From the NCBI RefSeq assembly GCF_012571795.1, contig NZ_CP046222.1:150819-182818 (forward strand): a stretch of DNA of 32,000 nucleotides, read 5' to 3'. The stretch is from Candidatus Saccharimonadota bacterium. Its GTDB lineage: Bacteria > Pseudomonadota > Gammaproteobacteria > Enterobacterales > Enterobacteriaceae. Both the position numbers and the translations under genes were made by a program. The notes under the pieces are model-generated. The model made no database searches. It had not been told where the DNA came from and saw only the letters and a program-made list of their open reading frames with translations. This document shows, piece by piece, positions 29,555 to 32,000 of this stretch; positions within the stretch are counted from its first letter, which is position 1, and every line of letters starts with the position of its first letter.

Positions 29555-31243
29555 TTATATATTTATAGGATAAAATAATTTATCTATAAACATAATTTGT
29601 TTATTTAACATAAACATTTCATATTCCATTAATAAATTAATAATATTATTATATTGCCATATTTTATTTAAGTTAATAATATAATTAATTAACCAAAATT
29701 TTATATCATTTATATTTAAATTTTGTTGCATAGATACATCATATATTAATTTCATAAATAATATATCTATACTAACTGAAAATAGTATAACAGGTATTTT
29801 TGTGATAGATATTGTAACATAATTTATTTCATAAAAATTAAAACCTAATAATATTAAATATGTTTTGATCTTTTTATAAAAAAAATATTCTTTATAATTT
29901 AATGTAATAAATAAACTAATATTTACTGTTTTAATTTTATTATTTTGAATAATATGATAACTCATTATATTATATAAATATAATAATTCCAATTCTTTAA
30001 TAAAAATTTTATATAAAATATCTTTTTTTAGTACAATAATATATTTATTATGTAAAATAGTTAATATTGTACCAAAATTTTTAAAATTATATAATGGATA
30101 ATTATTTAAGGAAATAATATCTATATTTTTATTATGTATCAATAAATTATGTTTAATATTATTAATATTTTTTTTTATAATTTTTTTTTTTGTATTAAAA
30201 AAATTATATTTATCTACGTTAGAAGTAATATTTTTATTTTTAAATATATTATTTTTATATATAAATTTATTTATAATACTATAATAGATTAAATTATATA
30301 TAGATTTAATATCATAAAACGTTACATCTGTTTTTTTTGGATGTATATTTACATTAATTTTATGCGATAATATTGTTAAATAAATAATAAATGAATATTT
30401 AATATTTTTTATATTTTGATTTTGATTATATAATATTGTTTGTATAGTTCTATTTATAAAAGTATTATGAATAATACGTTTATTTACAAAAATATATCTA
30501 CTAGATAAATTATTATTAAAACTTAACCAACCAGATATTTTATAATGTTTATATATATAACGTATATGAAAACTATTTTTAATAAAATCTATACCACATA
30601 TTTTTTTAATTCTTTTTATATAAGACAAATTATTTGTAACTTTTTCAAAATTATAAATTATTTTTTTATTATAATAAAATATAATTTTTATATGAAATGA
30701 TATTAAAACAATAGCTTTAATAACATTTTTAATATAAATAAATTCAATTCTTTCATCAGATAAAAATTTTTTTTTAACCGGAATATTATAAAATAGATCA
30801 GATATAAATATCGTAGTTCCCTTAGGATGAGCTATAGGATATAAATATATTTGTTTATTACAACCTTGTGTATATAGTTTCCAGCCTACTTTTTGTGTAT
30901 TAGTATTAGATAAAATAGTTATTTTAGATATATTTTTTATACTAGATAATGCTTCACCTCTAAATCCAAAGGTTTTAATCTTGTTTAAATCATGAAAATG
31001 TTTTATTTTACTTGTTGTATATCTATTTATACATAATAATAAATCATTTTTATTCATACCTAAACCATTATCATATATTTCAATTATTTTCATGCCACCT
31101 TTTTCAATATTAATCTTAATATTAGTAGATTTAGCATCAATACTATTTTCAATTAATTCTTTTACAACCGAAGATGGTCTATCTATAATTTCTCCAGAAG
31201 TAATTTTTTGAATAGTGTCTGCTGATAATGTTTTAATAGACAT
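29555..31243 (-). CDS. mutL: DNA mismatch repair protein MutL
   Basis: The GHKL ATPase N-terminal domain is intact (VVKELIENSIDA, DNGLGM, FGFRGEALSSI, GTTIFISDLFYNIPVKKKF). The C-terminal ~230 aa are highly diverged and I/N/K/Y-rich. 562 aa versus 615 in E. coli. Confidence 0.88.
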   Translation of the reverse strand: MSIKTLSADTIQKITSGEIIDRPSSVVKELIENSIDAKSTNIKINIEKGGMKIIEIYDNGLGMNKNDLLLCINRYTTSKIKHFHDLNKIKTFGFRGEALSSIKNISKITILSNTNTQKVGWKLYTQGCNKQIYLYPIAHPKGTTIFISDLFYNIPVKKKFLSDERIEFIYIKNVIKAIVLISFHIKIIFYYNKKIIYNFEKVTNNLSYIKRIKKICGIDFIKNSFHIRYIYKHYKISGWLSFNNNLSSRYIFVNKRIIHNTFINRTIQTILYNQNQNIKNIKYSFIIYLTILSHKINVNIHPKKTDVTFYDIKSIYNLIYYSIINKFIYKNNIFKNKNITSNVDKYNFFNTKKKIIKKNINNIKHNLLIHNKNIDIISLNNYPLYNFKNFGTILTILHNKYIIVLKKDILYKIFIKELELLYLYNIMSYHIIQNNKIKTVNISLFITLNYKEYFFYKKIKTYLILLGFNFYEINYVTISITKIPVILFSVSIDILFMKLIYDVSMQQNLNINDIKFWLINYIINLNKIWQYNNIINLLMEYEMFMLNKQIMFIDKLFYPINI

Positions 31244-31286
31244 ATATAAGACAATATAAAATTAGTAGAAAAAATATAAAATAATA

Positions 31287-31360
31287 AGCGGGAAACGAGA
31301 TTCGAACTCGCGACCCCAACCATGGCAAGGTTGTGCTCTACCATACTGAGCTATTCCCGC
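31287..31360 (-). tRNA. tRNA-Gly (anticodon GCC)
   Basis: The reverse complement GCGGGAATAGCTCAGTATGGTAGAGCACAACCTTGCCATGGTTGGGGTCGCGAGTTCGAATCTCGTTTCCCGCT is very close to E. coli glyV/X/Y tRNA. Anticodon loop TT-GCC-AT. CCA not encoded. Confidence 0.97.
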
Positions 31361-31445
31361 AATATATTTTATATATTAATAAATAAAATATAATATCACT
31401 TATAATAAATTTATATTTATTATTTTGTCAATATATTTTCAATAA

Positions 31446-31973
31446 TTATAAACAAAAAATAAATTTTTTATAGAATTTTAATTCTTTTATAGATTCATAA
31501 ATATCATCTATAGCATGATGTGTTTTTATCTTACTAAAATTTTTGTAAATTTGAGGATGCCATATTTTTACTAATTCTTTAATTGTACTTACATCTATAT
31601 TACGATAATGAAAATAATTTTCTAAATTAGGCATATAATTATAAAGAAATCTTCTGTCTTGACAAATACTATTACCACACATAGGAGCAGTTTGTGGTGG
31701 AACCCATAATTTTAAAAAATTTAAAATAATTTTTTCTGCCTGTTGTTCATTAATTTTACTACTTTTTACTTTATCAATTAACCCATTTTTATAATGTATA
31801 TTTTTATTCCATGAATCCATACTACATATTATGTTATTGGGTTGATAAATATTTATTACAATATTATCACTCATAATTTTTAAATCATTATTAGTAATAA
31901 TTATAGCAATTTCTATAATTTTATCTTTATTAGGATTTAATCCTGTCATTTCTAAATCTATCCATACTAACAT
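31446..31973 (-). CDS. orn: Oligoribonuclease
   Basis: DEDDh exonuclease motifs WIDLEMTGL, GNSI.QDRRFL and H.A.DDI.ESI.EL collinear with E. coli Orn. GGTG Shine-Dalgarno-like 5 nt before the ATG at 31973. The frame stays open to the window end, so a start beyond the window cannot be excluded. Confidence 0.9.
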   Translation of the reverse strand: MLVWIDLEMTGLNPNKDKIIEIAIIITNNDLKIMSDNIVINIYQPNNIICSMDSWNKNIHYKNGLIDKVKSSKINEQQAEKIILNFLKLWVPPQTAPMCGNSICQDRRFLYNYMPNLENYFHYRNIDVSTIKELVKIWHPQIYKNFSKIKTHHAIDDIYESIKELKFYKKFIFCL

Positions 31974-32000
31974 AATTACACCACTATTATTTAACGTTAT

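Noticed and set aside
31401-31431. TTGACA (minus strand, 31431-31426) upstream of tRNA-Gly as a promoter -35
   Set aside because: The best -10-like hexamer (TATTAT) sits at a 19-nt spacing, and others are at 11 nt. There is no convincing -10 at 16-18 nt, so I did not call a promoter.
1-32000. Looked for CRISPR repeats, IS or transposase remnants, integrase or phage genes, toxin-antitoxin pairs, defence systems, long direct repeats and unassigned ORFs
   Set aside because: None found. Every ORF of 125 aa or more is an assignable housekeeping orthologue, and spacers are short and A/T-rich. The only repeated elements are short low-complexity or homopolymer tracts. There is no evidence for a novel multi-gene system in this window.

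Overview
This is an extremely AT-rich, gene-dense stretch of a reduced gammaproteobacterial chromosome. It looks like an Enterobacterales-derived obligate insect endosymbiont (Wigglesworthia/Buchnera/Blochmannia-like), but the taxon cannot be fixed from sequence alone. Every long ORF is a recognisable housekeeping orthologue of an E. coli protein, giving 27 protein genes plus tRNA-Asn(GTT) and tRNA-Gly(GCC). In order: secA (5' partial), dnaJ, dnaK, pepA, valS, argI, ridA, potD, trhO/yceA, tRNA-Asn, prmB, aroC, ahpC, rsmC, apaH, apaG, rsmA/ksgA, djlA, acpS, era, rnc, lepB, lepA, prlC, rlmB, miaA, mutL, tRNA-Gly, orn. Several blocks are collinear with E. coli K-12 but carry clean deletions: pepA-[holC]-valS, argI-[pyrBI]-ridA, apaH-apaG-ksgA-[pdxA surA lptD]-djlA, lepA-lepB-rnc-era-[recO pdxJ]-acpS, and orn-tRNAGly-[queG nnr tsaE amiB]-mutL-miaA-[hfq...rnr]-rlmB. 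I see no CRISPR array, IS or phage remnant, toxin-antitoxin or defence genes, secondary-metabolite genes, or unassigned long ORF. My honest conclusion is that this window does not contain a novel multi-gene system. The points worth a second look are smaller: a near-consensus sigma-32 promoter preserved as a GC island upstream of dnaK, an orphan potD with no potABC, a SecA lacking the C-terminal zinc finger, a Walker-A Gly-to-Lys change in MiaA, an A11 slippage-prone tract inside mutL, a 479-bp non-coding scar where lptD-surA-pdxA sit in E. coli, and convergent genes with no terminator space.
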